Source: an uncultured virus (IMG/VR IMGVR_UViG_3300023109_000009)
Lineage: Duplodnaviria > Heunggongvirae > Uroviricota > Caudoviricetes
Direction: 5' to 3' (one strand)
Length of the DNA: 64,000 nucleotides
Virus record (IMG/VR): IMGVR_UViG_3300023109_000009
Program-made: the position numbers and the translations under genes
Notes under the pieces: model-generated
The model's database searches: none
The model's input: the letters and a program-made list of their open reading frames with translations, nothing else
What the model was told of the DNA's origin: nothing
Shown here: positions 1 to 9,507 of the stretch, piece after piece
How the letters are laid out: each line of letters starts with the position of its first letter
Position numbering within the stretch: position 1 is the first letter of the stretch

Positions 1-569
1 AAGAGGTTGATACTTCAAAGCTCAAAGGTTTCGAAGAAGATCTTGAGAAGTTGCAGGCTGCTCGAGTCATATTACTGGATGATCGAGAAGTCCTAGGTGT
101 AGTAAGTACTATTCTCAAGGATGGTGGCATCAAGAGTCGAATCATCGCTCAATATATTCCAGTGATGAATAAACTCATCAACAAGTATCTGGCTGCATTT
201 GACCTCTTTGTTGATTTTCAGTTAGATGAAAACTTCAATGAGGTGATCAAATCTCGATTCCGTGACACATTCTCGTATGCCTCATTCTCTGAAGGTGAAA
301 AACTTCGTATCACCCTATCGATTATGTTGTCATGGCGATCAGTGGCTAAATTACGAAATTCAGTATCAACCAATCTTCTGATACTTGACGAGACTCTTGA
401 TGGTGCGCTTGATGGTGTTGGTATTGAGAGCCTTATTGAAACATTACACACGCTGAACAATGATGACAACATTTTTGTGATATCACATCGTGGTGATCAG
501 TTCGCAGAGAAATTTGCATCTCATGTGAAATTCAAAAAGGTCAAAAACTTTAGTGAGATTGCAGCATGA
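1..569 (+). CDS. gp46: Recombination exonuclease ATPase subunit (SbcC/Rad50-like), C-terminal part; begins before the window
   Basis: Frame is open from position 3. Signature FSYASFSEGEK, Walker B LLILDETLDGALD and H-loop VISH. Confidence 0.95.
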   Translation, partial: EVDTSKLKGFEEDLEKLQAARVILLDDREVLGVVSTILKDGGIKSRIIAQYIPVMNKLINKYLAAFDLFVDFQLDENFNEVIKSRFRDTFSYASFSEGEKLRITLSIMLSWRSVAKLRNSVSTNLLILDETLDGALDGVGIESLIETLHTLNNDDNIFVISHRGDQFAEKFASHVKFKKVKNFSEIAA

Positions 570-1312
570 TCACGTCTCTCAAAAAGCAGGGTATGAGCTT
601 CGAAGGTCTCAACAATGACGTCGAAGAAATCTATACGCTGTACTGTGAGTTTTTCTATAAAGAACTCTACAAATGGTATTACACTGTTCAGCCGGGTGAT
701 GTTGTGGTAGATGTTGGGTCGTGTATAGGTATGTTTACCTGTGAGGCTTTAGACCATGGTGCTAGTAAGGTTTATGCTATAGAACCAAATGATACACTAC
801 TTCGCACCACAATGTATAACTCATTTTCTCATATATGTAACAAGGCAAAAACTCCAGTAATACCAATCCATGCATTTATGGGTAATAACAAGGATATGGG
901 ATTTGGTGATTTCGATCCAGATCCTGTACCCACATTATCTTTTAAAGATTTTATAAAATGGTATTATATTGAAAAAATTGATTACCTGAAAATTGATTGC
1001 GAAGGTGGTGAATACGATATTCTCACTGAAGAAAATCTGCCTTGGATTAAAGAGAATGTAAAACACATCGCTGTAGAGTGTCATATGTTAGACGAAGATG
1101 GCCCTCGTAAACTCAAACATCTCCGTGAGACCTTCCTCCGTGCATACGAGCCTTGGCAGATAAGATTCTCGGGTGACGGCTTCACACAAAGATTGACAGA
1201 CGAATTCATTGATAATTTTAAGGTCGGTGACTGGGGTGGCTGTTTCATGGTCTACATCTGTAATGGCTCCAACGACAACCTTAAATATCGTCCGGTTGAT
1301 TTTACCTATTGA
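566..1312 (+). CDS. FkbM-family SAM-dependent methyltransferase
   Basis: VVVDVGSCIG SAM motif, VYAIEP, IDYLKIDCEGGEYDIL FkbM motif; ATGA overlap with gp46 stop. Confidence 0.85.
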   Translation: MITSLKKQGMSFEGLNNDVEEIYTLYCEFFYKELYKWYYTVQPGDVVVDVGSCIGMFTCEALDHGASKVYAIEPNDTLLRTTMYNSFSHICNKAKTPVIPIHAFMGNNKDMGFGDFDPDPVPTLSFKDFIKWYYIEKIDYLKIDCEGGEYDILTEENLPWIKENVKHIAVECHMLDEDGPRKLKHLRETFLRAYEPWQIRFSGDGFTQRLTDEFIDNFKVGDWGGCFMVYICNGSNDNLKYRPVDFTY

Positions 1313-1337
1313 CATTTCACTTCGATCATGTTATAAT
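1309..1337 (+). promoter_or_regulatory. Consensus sigma70 (early) promoter for gp43
   Basis: TTGACA(1309-1314)-17 nt-TATAAT(1332-1337) with TGn extended -10. Confidence 0.9.
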
Positions 1338-1365
1338 GGCATGATTAATTTGACTAAGGTACATT

Positions 1366-3906
1366 ATGGCTTCCTTTTATACATCCGTCGAAAGATTCGG
1401 CAATAATATTCTATGGCGTGGCTACGATAACGGTAAAAGATTCTCGTATCGTGTTCCATTTGCTCCCACGTTCTATCTGCACACACCTAAGAAAGGTGGT
1501 GAATTCCGATCGCTCATTGGCAACAAACAATTGCATGCACAAAAATTTGGTGATATGCGTGACGCTAAAGAATTCGTGGAAACGTACAAAGATGTTGGCA
1601 ATATGCAGATCTTTGGTACTACAAACTATACAGCACAATTCATACAAGAACAATACCCCGGCGAGATTGATTTCGATGTCAGTCAGCTCAACATTGTATC
1701 GTTTGACATTGAGGTTGATATCAGTGATGGCTATCCCGATGTCGAAATTGCAGATAAAGAGATCACATCAATTGCGTTCCACAGCTCTCGCAGTGACAAA
1801 TATACATTGCTCGGTCGCAAAGATTATGACAAATTTGACACCATCTCTGGCATTGATCCCGACAATATCAATTTTGTAAAATTCAACTCGGAGGTTGAGC
1901 TTCTTCAGTACTTTGTACGGCTGTGGGCATCTGATTATCCCGATATTGTCACCGGGTGGAACTGTGAATATTTCGATATTCAGTACGTCGTGACTCGAAT
2001 TATTTCATTGCTTGGTGAAGAAACAGCCAAGAGATTGTCGCCTTGGAAACACTTACAAAAGAGATCCAACGAAGTGTTTAACAAGGTTCAGTCTACGTAT
2101 CGGATCTCTGGCATGACCGTGATCGATTACATGGATGCATTCAAAAAATTCGGCTACAAATATGGACCACAAGAATCCTATAAACTTGATCACATTGCGT
2201 ATTCCGTGCTCGGTAAACAGAAACTAGATTACTCTGCTTACGGTAACCTGACCACACTTTACGAAGAGAATCCTCAGCTCTATCTTGACTATAATCTCGT
2301 CGATACACAATTGATTTCAGCTCTTGAAGAAGAAACCAACCTCTTGGCTCTGGTGATGGCAGTCGCGTATGGTGGTGGTGTTGATTATAAAGATGCGTTT
2401 GGTACAGTGGGTATTTGGGAGACTACGATTTATCGTCGATTGATGAAAGACAAGATCGTCCCACCACTCAAGGGTGGCCCCGGTCAACCACTTGAAGGTC
2501 TTGTCGGTGGTTATGTGAAAGATCCAGTTCAAGGCATGCATCCTTGGGTCGTATCGTTTGATTTGAACTCTCTGTATCCACACCTCATGTTGCAATATAA
2601 TATGTCACCCGAAACGTGGGTCAGTGATCGTAGAGAATATGTCACACAAGACATGGTACTGAACGATCAATACATCAACGATGACCCATCGGTCTCTGTT
2701 TGTGCGAATGGTGTTTGCTTTGATAATGAAACAGTCGGTATCATTCCCGGTATCATTGATGAATACTACAACAATCGTTCTCTTGTCAAGAAACAGATGC
2801 TTGCAGTCGAACAACAGCTCGAGGTTGAGACTGATCCAGCGATCAAACAGAAACTGAAACGTGAGGTGAGCCAATTACACAACTCACAGATGTCGATTAA
2901 GATTGCCATGAACAGTCTCTATGGTGCAACTGCTAACAAATATTTCTTATATTATATTTCAGAAATGGCAGAAGCGATCACTACATCTGGTCAGCTCAGT
3001 ATTCGATATGCTCAGAAATCTGTGAACAAATACATGAACAAGATTCTTGGTACCGAAAACAAAGATTATATTATTTACATTGATACTGATTCAATCTATG
3101 TCGACTTTGGTGACCTGATACAAGCATCATTTGGCACGAAAGAGATTGATCGTAAGAAGGGCGAAGAGTTCTTAGACAAGGTCTGCTCCACGAAGATTGA
3201 GCAAATCATTGAAAATGGTTACATAGAACTTCAGAACAAGATGGGTGCATATCGTAATGCAATGGTGATGAAACGTGAAAAGATTTCGGATCGTGCCATC
3301 TTTGTTGCCAAGAAACGATACATTCTGAATGTGCTCAACTCTGAAGGTGTTCACTATGAGAAACCCAAGATCAGTGTGACCGGTCTTGAATCAGTCCGAT
3401 CCTCTACGCCTGAGATTTGCCGAGAGAAAATGAAACAGGTATTTGATGTGATTATGAATGGTACTGAGTCCGATACACAGATCTTTATCAAAGAATTTAG
3501 AGACGAATTCAAATCTGTACCCATCGAAGATATTGCCAAGACCTCCGGTACTGATGATATTGAGAAGTACAAAGATCGAGTTACTCTGTTCAAAAAGGGT
3601 TGCCCGATTCACGTCCGTGGCTCAATACTATATAATGACTATCTGAAGAAGAAAGGACTCAACAAGAAATTCGTTTCAATCAACTCTGGCGATAAGGTAA
3701 AACTTGTCTATCTGAAAGTGCCCAACCCTCTCCAGCAGAATGTGATTAGTTTCCCCGGCGTATTGCCAAAGGAAATGGAGTTGACTAAATATATTGACTA
3801 TGACACACAATTCAGCAAGGTATTCCTCACTCCGATTCAAGGCATCTTAGATGCTCTCGGTTGGTCTGCAGAGAAAATCGACACGATTGAAGATTTCTTT
3901 ACCTAA
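1366..3906 (+). CDS. gp43: Family B DNA polymerase (T4 gp43 type)
   Basis: Exo motifs FDIEV and YNLVD; pol motifs SFDLNSLYPH, KIAMNSLYG, YIDTDS, KKRY. Confidence 0.98.
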   Translation: MASFYTSVERFGNNILWRGYDNGKRFSYRVPFAPTFYLHTPKKGGEFRSLIGNKQLHAQKFGDMRDAKEFVETYKDVGNMQIFGTTNYTAQFIQEQYPGEIDFDVSQLNIVSFDIEVDISDGYPDVEIADKEITSIAFHSSRSDKYTLLGRKDYDKFDTISGIDPDNINFVKFNSEVELLQYFVRLWASDYPDIVTGWNCEYFDIQYVVTRIISLLGEETAKRLSPWKHLQKRSNEVFNKVQSTYRISGMTVIDYMDAFKKFGYKYGPQESYKLDHIAYSVLGKQKLDYSAYGNLTTLYEENPQLYLDYNLVDTQLISALEEETNLLALVMAVAYGGGVDYKDAFGTVGIWETTIYRRLMKDKIVPPLKGGPGQPLEGLVGGYVKDPVQGMHPWVVSFDLNSLYPHLMLQYNMSPETWVSDRREYVTQDMVLNDQYINDDPSVSVCANGVCFDNETVGIIPGIIDEYYNNRSLVKKQMLAVEQQLEVETDPAIKQKLKREVSQLHNSQMSIKIAMNSLYGATANKYFLYYISEMAEAITTSGQLSIRYAQKSVNKYMNKILGTENKDYIIYIDTDSIYVDFGDLIQASFGTKEIDRKKGEEFLDKVCSTKIEQIIENGYIELQNKMGAYRNAMVMKREKISDRAIFVAKKRYILNVLNSEGVHYEKPKISVTGLESVRSSTPEICREKMKQVFDVIMNGTESDTQIFIKEFRDEFKSVPIEDIAKTSGTDDIEKYKDRVTLFKKGCPIHVRGSILYNDYLKKKGLNKKFVSINSGDKVKLVYLKVPNPLQQNVISFPGVLPKEMELTKYIDYDTQFSKVFLTPIQGILDALGWSAEKIDTIEDFFT

Positions 3907-3914
3907 AAAATTGT

Positions 3915-3943
3915 TTGACAACTGTAAAACTTTATGGTATAAT
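3915..3943 (+). promoter_or_regulatory. Consensus sigma70 promoter for the modification cluster
   Basis: TTGACA(3915-3920)-17 nt-TATAAT(3938-3943), TGn extended -10. Confidence 0.9.
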
Positions 3944-3972
3944 ACTCCCATTATAAACAGAGGCACCTCAGC

Positions 3973-4290
3973 ATGAGTACGCTAAAAAATTACACTAAGG
4001 ACACCTCAGCCGAATATGATGATATGGTCGGCTATGTCGCAGATGAAAACATCACGGATACACTCTCACAATTTCTAGGTGAAGAGCAAGAAGAATATAG
4101 ACCACCAGTCGCTCGAAAGAAAGTCGACTCGGAGTATCCAGAAGCCTGGCAGACACTGTATGTGAACTTTGAGACAGAACAAGATTACATTGATTTCATG
4201 TTGACAATTGATGAGAAACCGATGCCCAAAATGAAAGAGGTTGTCTACAAGGCAGGACGTAAAGACAATGGGATCTTGGATCTACTATAA
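3973..4290 (+). CDS. Small acidic protein; C-terminal half resembles the N-terminal domain of the downstream glycosyltransferase
   Basis: 105-aa ORF with GAGG RBS; WQTLYVNFETEQDYIDF aligns by eye with FKQIAIKFKSQEDRQHF of ORF 5090. Confidence 0.7.
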   Translation: MSTLKNYTKDTSAEYDDMVGYVADENITDTLSQFLGEEQEEYRPPVARKKVDSEYPEAWQTLYVNFETEQDYIDFMLTIDEKPMPKMKEVVYKAGRKDNGILDLL

Positions 4291-4307
4291 CTATAAAAGG
4301 AACTTAA

Positions 4308-5090
4308 ATGAAAGTATTGATATTCGGATTGCCCGGCTCTGGTAAAAGTTTTCTCGCCAATGAACTCGTGAAACTCTTGGGTGACAAGGTCGCCTGGTTT
4401 AACGCAGACAAGGTAAGAGAAGAAGCCAATGACTGGGACTTTTCTGATGAAGGGAGACTCCGACAGAAAGATCGTATGAACTCTTTATGTGAAGATGCAA
4501 TCAAAGAAGGTAAAATTGCCATTGCAGATTTTGTATGCCCATTCGAAAAAGCCCGACTCGATTTCGGTGCAAATTATACCGTCTGGGTGAATACAATTGA
4601 ATCTGGTAGATTCGAAGACACAAATGCTGTGTTTGAAAGACCAATGGCAGCATCATTTGATTATATGGTAACTGACCAACGTGGTAATGAAGATGCCATT
4701 AATATCGCTTGGGAATTGGCCGATCGGTTTATTTGGGACAACAAGGCTCCCACTACCCAAATGCTCGGTAGATGGCAACCATGGCATGATGGTCACCAAG
4801 CGCTCTTTGATAGAGCAATTGCAAAACATGACCAGGTATATCTAATGATTCGTGATATGCCAGTCGATGACAGCAACCCATTCGACCAGACACAAGTCGT
4901 TAAAAACCTTAAACACAAATTGGCTAAATATTGTGGTAAGGTAAAAATAGGTGTTGTACCTAATATTATGAACATCACTTACGGCAGGGGTGTTGGGTAT
5001 AAGATTGAACAAGAAGTATTCGATGATGCTACCCATGATATTAGTGCAACGAAAATTCGTGCAAAAATGAGAGAAGAAGGTAAATTATAA
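4308..5090 (+). CDS. Fusion of an APS-kinase (CysC)-like P-loop kinase and a HIGH-motif nucleotidyltransferase
   Basis: GLPGSGKS P-loop, NADKVR, DFSDEGRLRQ, ADFVCP, FERP; C-terminal GRWQPWHDGH (HxGH) and ISATKIR. Confidence 0.85.
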   Translation: MKVLIFGLPGSGKSFLANELVKLLGDKVAWFNADKVREEANDWDFSDEGRLRQKDRMNSLCEDAIKEGKIAIADFVCPFEKARLDFGANYTVWVNTIESGRFEDTNAVFERPMAASFDYMVTDQRGNEDAINIAWELADRFIWDNKAPTTQMLGRWQPWHDGHQALFDRAIAKHDQVYLMIRDMPVDDSNPFDQTQVVKNLKHKLAKYCGKVKIGVVPNIMNITYGRGVGYKIEQEVFDDATHDISATKIRAKMREEGKL

Positions 5091-6316
5091 TGTATCAGCC
5101 AGTCGACACGGTAGAAGAATTGCAGAGTGAATGGAAAAACCAGTACGTACAATGGTATGCTGCTGGTATGCCCTCATTCAAGGCTCTGAAGAGAGATGTC
5201 TTTAAACAGATTGCTATCAAATTCAAGTCGCAAGAAGATCGTCAACACTTCAGTGATCGACTGGATTACAATCTTACCAATAAAACCAATGTCGTGTATT
5301 ACCCGGCTCGTGGTCGAGAAGTCAATATGGCTAATCGCTATGTCGAGCAAGATACGAGCAACCATAACCGATACCCCATTTACATTATCAGTAAAGGTCG
5401 GTGGGAAACAAGGCACACTGCTCGAACCTTAGAGAAGATGGGTGTCCCTTACTATATTGCTGTCGAACCACAAGAATATGACAGGTATGTCGAGGCGACC
5501 CCACCAGGGTTAGGTACTGTACTGAAACTGCCATTCTCCAACCACGGTAAAGGCTCGGGGCCGGCTCGTAATTGGTGTTGGGAACACTCGCAGGAAAATG
5601 GTCATGCACGACATTGGTTGATGGATGATAATATCGATGGGTTCATTCGACTACATAATAACAAGAGATATCGCGTAGAGAAAGGTTCTGGCATTTTTCG
5701 TGCAACCGAAGATCTTGTCGACCGTTATGAAAATGTGGCTCTGGCTTCGTTTCAATACAAATTCTTTGTTGTTGATCCCTGCCCATATCAGCCATTCATT
5801 TTGAACTCGAGGATGATGTCGTGTATTTTGATTGATAATAACTGTCCACATAAATGGAGAGGCAAGTTTAATGAGGACGTTGATCTCAGCATTCGTGTTC
5901 TCAAAGAAGGCTTGTGTACAATGCTCATATATGCGTTCGTTCAAGGTAAACTAAGAACTGGTACTGTGAAGGGTGGAAACACGACTGAGGTCTATGAAGA
6001 CTATTCGGGTGAAGGTGAAAATGATCCAGCCTATAATAAGTCAAGAATGCTCAAAGAGATGCACCCAGATTGTGTGACACTTGTCGAAAGATACGGTCGA
6101 GTACACCATCACGTTGACCTTGATGCAATTAAGAATAAGGATGGGTTCCCTGCAAGACAAAATGCTTTGATATTAAAGAAAGATGTTCCGATGGTTAATA
6201 AGGTTGATAACTACGGAATGAGCTTAATACGTAACTACGGTACCGACGAAGAGGTCGTAGATCCGAACTTTGAACTTGATGAATTCCCGGCTGGGAGGCC
6301 TACGATACATGGATAA
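5090..6316 (+). CDS. TET-associated/GREB1-like GT-A glycosyltransferase with extra N-terminal domain
   Basis: YPIYIISKGR, IAVEPQEY, GSGPARNWCWEHS, HWLMDDNI (DxD), NEDVDLSIRVLK, GGNT motifs. Confidence 0.75.
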   Translation: MYQPVDTVEELQSEWKNQYVQWYAAGMPSFKALKRDVFKQIAIKFKSQEDRQHFSDRLDYNLTNKTNVVYYPARGREVNMANRYVEQDTSNHNRYPIYIISKGRWETRHTARTLEKMGVPYYIAVEPQEYDRYVEATPPGLGTVLKLPFSNHGKGSGPARNWCWEHSQENGHARHWLMDDNIDGFIRLHNNKRYRVEKGSGIFRATEDLVDRYENVALASFQYKFFVVDPCPYQPFILNSRMMSCILIDNNCPHKWRGKFNEDVDLSIRVLKEGLCTMLIYAFVQGKLRTGTVKGGNTTEVYEDYSGEGENDPAYNKSRMLKEMHPDCVTLVERYGRVHHHVDLDAIKNKDGFPARQNALILKKDVPMVNKVDNYGMSLIRNYGTDEEVVDPNFELDEFPAGRPTIHG

Positions 6317-7157
6317 TATATTGATCACTGGTGGTGCAGGATTTGTTGGTAGTCATCTAGCAGAAAGACTTGTCGCCGAAGGGTTTCACGTCATTTCGCT
6401 TGATAATTATTTCACCGGATCGAAAGATAACCATGTCGATGGTGTGACTTATATGGAAGGTTGTACTACTGAGTTGACATCCGATATGTTCAACAATATC
6501 ACTAGGGTTTATCACCTAGGTGAATACTCTCGAGTTGAACAGTCGTTTGCCGATATTGAATTGGTACACAAGTACAACATTGAAGGCACGACTCGAGTCT
6601 TGGAATGTGTAAGAGACTGGGGCTGTAAACTCATCTATTCTGGTTCGTCGACAAAATTTGCAGATCCCGACGATAAGGATTATGTCATGAGCCCCTATGC
6701 CTGGTCAAAGGCTAAGAATACAGAGTTGGTCAAAATGTATGCCGAGTGGTTTGGTATTGATTATGCAATTACTTACTTTTATAATGTATATGGACCTCGG
6801 GAGATTCAGACCGGTCGCTACGCCACATTGATTGCAAAATATGCAGAGCTCATGGCAACTTCTGGTCTTTTACCAGTCGTGAGCCCCGGCACTCAGCAGA
6901 GAAATTTTACCCACGTAGATGACATCGTTGATGCTCTGTTAATGATTGGTGAACGTGGTAGTGGTGATGAGTATGGTATTGGCCATCCTGAGAGGTTCAC
7001 TGTATTAGAAGTTGCCCATTTGTTCGGTGGTGATATTGATATGCTTCCAGCAAGAAGGGGTAATCGATTATCTGCTGATGTGATCACCGACAACACCCGA
7101 GCCCTAGGTTGGGAACCCAAACGAAATTTACGAGAATATATCGCAAATAAGTGTTGA
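6309..7157 (+). CDS. NAD-dependent nucleotide-sugar epimerase/dehydratase (extended SDR)
   Basis: ITGGAGFVGSHL, LDNYFTG, YAWSK (YxxxK), NVYGP, RNFTHVDD. ATG 6309 is preferred over the track's 6270. Confidence 0.92.
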   Translation: MDNILITGGAGFVGSHLAERLVAEGFHVISLDNYFTGSKDNHVDGVTYMEGCTTELTSDMFNNITRVYHLGEYSRVEQSFADIELVHKYNIEGTTRVLECVRDWGCKLIYSGSSTKFADPDDKDYVMSPYAWSKAKNTELVKMYAEWFGIDYAITYFYNVYGPREIQTGRYATLIAKYAELMATSGLLPVVSPGTQQRNFTHVDDIVDALLMIGERGSGDEYGIGHPERFTVLEVAHLFGGDIDMLPARRGNRLSADVITDNTRALGWEPKRNLREYIANKC

Positions 7158-7182
7158 CAAATTCATTTTCATTTGATATAAT
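7154..7182 (+). promoter_or_regulatory. Consensus sigma70 promoter
   Basis: TTGACA(7154-7159)-17 nt-TATAAT(7177-7182), TGn extended -10. Confidence 0.9.
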
Positions 7183-7212
7183 GTTACTTCAAATTGATTA
7201 GGATTTTTTGTT

Positions 7213-8343
7213 ATGAATAAGGTTTGTATACCTGTATCCGAGCTCCAGAAAACTGGGTTCACCGGAGACCACAAGTTAGAGTGTCAGTCCTTTATTGATT
7301 CATCTGGTCGACACAAAAACAAAGAGCTATTTGACGACACATATCTTACTGAGAAGTATGGTGTCGTCTATGATAGAGTAGAAATAATCTCGTTTGGTGA
7401 TATCGAGCCAGAACGTCTTGCAGGTTCTCAGGATTTCCGTGCCCATGCCAATGAGGATTTATCTGCCATTGTTGAAGACATCCAACGAGATGGCTTTGAC
7501 CTTCACTTAATCCCACCTGCTGTGTTCGAAGAAGATGGCAAATACTATTACATCAATGGTCGCACACGCCGAGAGATCTTATTAGAGCGTCTTGGTCGAC
7601 CCATTGAGAATTGTGTCTTTGCCATTTACCACATCGTTGACAAGAGTAAAGACTGGGGTATTTTTGGTGCTCCATTCAATAACGTTGGTCGACGAACTGC
7701 TGGTCTGAACAGTAAGGAAGACAACAAAAAGATTGTTTTAAATAATCTACCCACAGTCTTCCGATACGCAAAACAGAATCTTGAAGAGTTTGGTAAGAAC
7801 GCAGAACGAGACAAGAACAAGTACTCTGACATCATGGCTGGTGTGAAAAAGACTTGTAATGAACTCTTGCTCTGGAGTCCAATTCCAGCTGTACTTCGTG
7901 AAATCACTACAGCCATCTTTGAGAAATGTGGTGTACCATCAAATGTTATCTTTACCTCTGGTGAGGATGGTGTGGTAGATTATGTTCGAAATGAAATAGA
8001 CTTGAATAAATCGAATTACACGATCATGGCTAACACAATTGAATTGACTCAATTGATGAAAAAACTTTCACCCGAGGTTCTGGCCAAACATGAAGGTAAG
8101 AAAATCGGTGTTGTTCTCTATCAAAAAGATTACACTACTCGGTACAATACCAAGCTACTCAATGCACTCACATACTGGCGACAGCTCGATGCATATAAAA
8201 AGGCTTGGAATGTGACGTTGCCTGAGAATGTAGAAATTCTTGGTATCGTGCCTCAGATTCGTGAAGAAAATGAGGTCTTCCCAATGGATCAGCTCATCAC
8301 ACGTGAGAAGGCTGAACAATATCTTGACCTGATTGGTGTCTAA
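7213..8343 (+). CDS. Hypothetical protein with possible ParB/sulfiredoxin-like domain
   Basis: IVEDIQRDGF..PPAVFEEDGKYYYINGRTR resembles the ParB/Srx core (GxxR). Confidence 0.55.
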   Translation: MNKVCIPVSELQKTGFTGDHKLECQSFIDSSGRHKNKELFDDTYLTEKYGVVYDRVEIISFGDIEPERLAGSQDFRAHANEDLSAIVEDIQRDGFDLHLIPPAVFEEDGKYYYINGRTRREILLERLGRPIENCVFAIYHIVDKSKDWGIFGAPFNNVGRRTAGLNSKEDNKKIVLNNLPTVFRYAKQNLEEFGKNAERDKNKYSDIMAGVKKTCNELLLWSPIPAVLREITTAIFEKCGVPSNVIFTSGEDGVVDYVRNEIDLNKSNYTIMANTIELTQLMKKLSPEVLAKHEGKKIGVVLYQKDYTTRYNTKLLNALTYWRQLDAYKKAWNVTLPENVEILGIVPQIREENEVFPMDQLITREKAEQYLDLIGV

Positions 8344-8826
8344 ATGAACGAGATGTTTTGTACGACAAGTGTCTTTACAGAATCGGCTACGTTATCCGAT
8401 TCAATTAAGGAGTCTGCATTTGAATACTTTGATGAGCTAGAAGAGACAATTTTCTACTCTAAAAAGTTTTTTGAAGATATCGAAAAGAATGGATTGCCAG
8501 AGCCAGAGGTCGTGAACTTATTTGAAAAGATTACGAATCTCAGTCAGTCTTTGGTTTATTCATTCATACACAAAAATGATGGGATTGCCTATTTCGGTGA
8601 AACTGGTAATGGTAACCAACGTCTTCGCCAACACATGGCTCAAATCGAAACTGGTAAGGCATCGTCTGATTTCATTGAAGGTCTGTTGGCATATGATGAT
8701 GACCCAAACAACTGGCAAGCCTGGGTTTGGAGAACACCAAACAAACTTGCTGCTCAGGTATTAGAGAGAATGCTTATTAACTACATACCCACAATGTTCA
8801 ATTCAGCTGAACATGGAGGCATATAA
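8344..8826 (+). CDS. GIY-YIG-like nuclease
   Basis: LVYSFIHKNDGIAYFGETGNGNQRLRQH, then LERMLI and FN: GIY-YIG pattern with Arg, Glu and Asn. Confidence 0.7.
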   Translation: MNEMFCTTSVFTESATLSDSIKESAFEYFDELEETIFYSKKFFEDIEKNGLPEPEVVNLFEKITNLSQSLVYSFIHKNDGIAYFGETGNGNQRLRQHMAQIETGKASSDFIEGLLAYDDDPNNWQAWVWRTPNKLAAQVLERMLINYIPTMFNSAEHGGI

Positions 8827-8829
8827 GTG

Positions 8830-8858
8830 TTGACATTTGTTGCCAGGTATGTTATAAT
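8830..8858 (+). promoter_or_regulatory. Consensus sigma70 promoter
   Basis: TTGACA(8830-8835)-17 nt-TATAAT(8853-8858), TGn extended -10. Confidence 0.9.
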
Positions 8859-8884
8859 GGCACATTCATTTGGAGGATTAAAAT

Positions 8885-9502
8885 TTGAAGCATTGCATTA
8901 TTGATTTTGAAACTATGGGCATTGATGCTAATAACTGTGTGGTTATTGATATGAGTGCTTTTGTGTTCGAATGGGACCGGTTCAGCTCACCCAAGCCCTA
9001 TGGATTTGCTGATGTTGCGAATGTGAGAAAGTTCAAGTTTGATGTCAAAGAGCAGGTTACTAAATACAATTTTACAATCGATACTGATACTGTAAAATTT
9101 TGGGAAAAGCAACCTTCAGATGTTCGAAGGAATATTGCTCCTAAAAAGACTGATATTGGTCTTGAGCAATTCGCTGATGATTTTTTGGATTTTCTAATAC
9201 CACACGGTAAGATTTCCAATTGGTGGTCACGCTCTAATACTTTTGATCCAATTATTCTATGGCGTTTGTTTGAAACTGTAGGTAAGAAACAACAGATTTT
9301 GGAATATTTGCCTCATTGGTCTCTGCGTGATACACGAAGTTGGATTGATGCGAAATTAGATTTTCCAAAGAAAAATGGGTTCTGCCCAATTGAAGATGAA
9401 GAATTGTGGGCCCAGAATTTCAAGCATCACGATAGTGCTTGGGATGTATTGGCTGATGTGATGAGATTGCAACGAATTGACCGCGCTGAAAATCTCGACT
9501 AA
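8885..9502 (+). CDS. dexA: DexA-like DEDDh 3'-5' exonuclease
   Basis: IIDFETMG, WSRSNTFDPIIL, RDTRSWID, HHDSAWDVLAD; TTG start with GGAGG RBS. Confidence 0.85.
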   Translation: MKHCIIDFETMGIDANNCVVIDMSAFVFEWDRFSSPKPYGFADVANVRKFKFDVKEQVTKYNFTIDTDTVKFWEKQPSDVRRNIAPKKTDIGLEQFADDFLDFLIPHGKISNWWSRSNTFDPIILWRLFETVGKKQQILEYLPHWSLRDTRSWIDAKLDFPKKNGFCPIEDEELWAQNFKHHDSAWDVLADVMRLQRIDRAENLD

Positions 9503-9507
9503 ATATT

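Noticed and set aside
1418..3646. Overlapping small ORFs within gp43 (e.g. 1418-1879)
   Set aside because: No recognisable motifs; expected by chance inside a long gene.
1366..3906. Split or intein-containing, or visibly altered, DNA polymerase
   Set aside because: Single continuous 846-aa ORF with canonical motifs.
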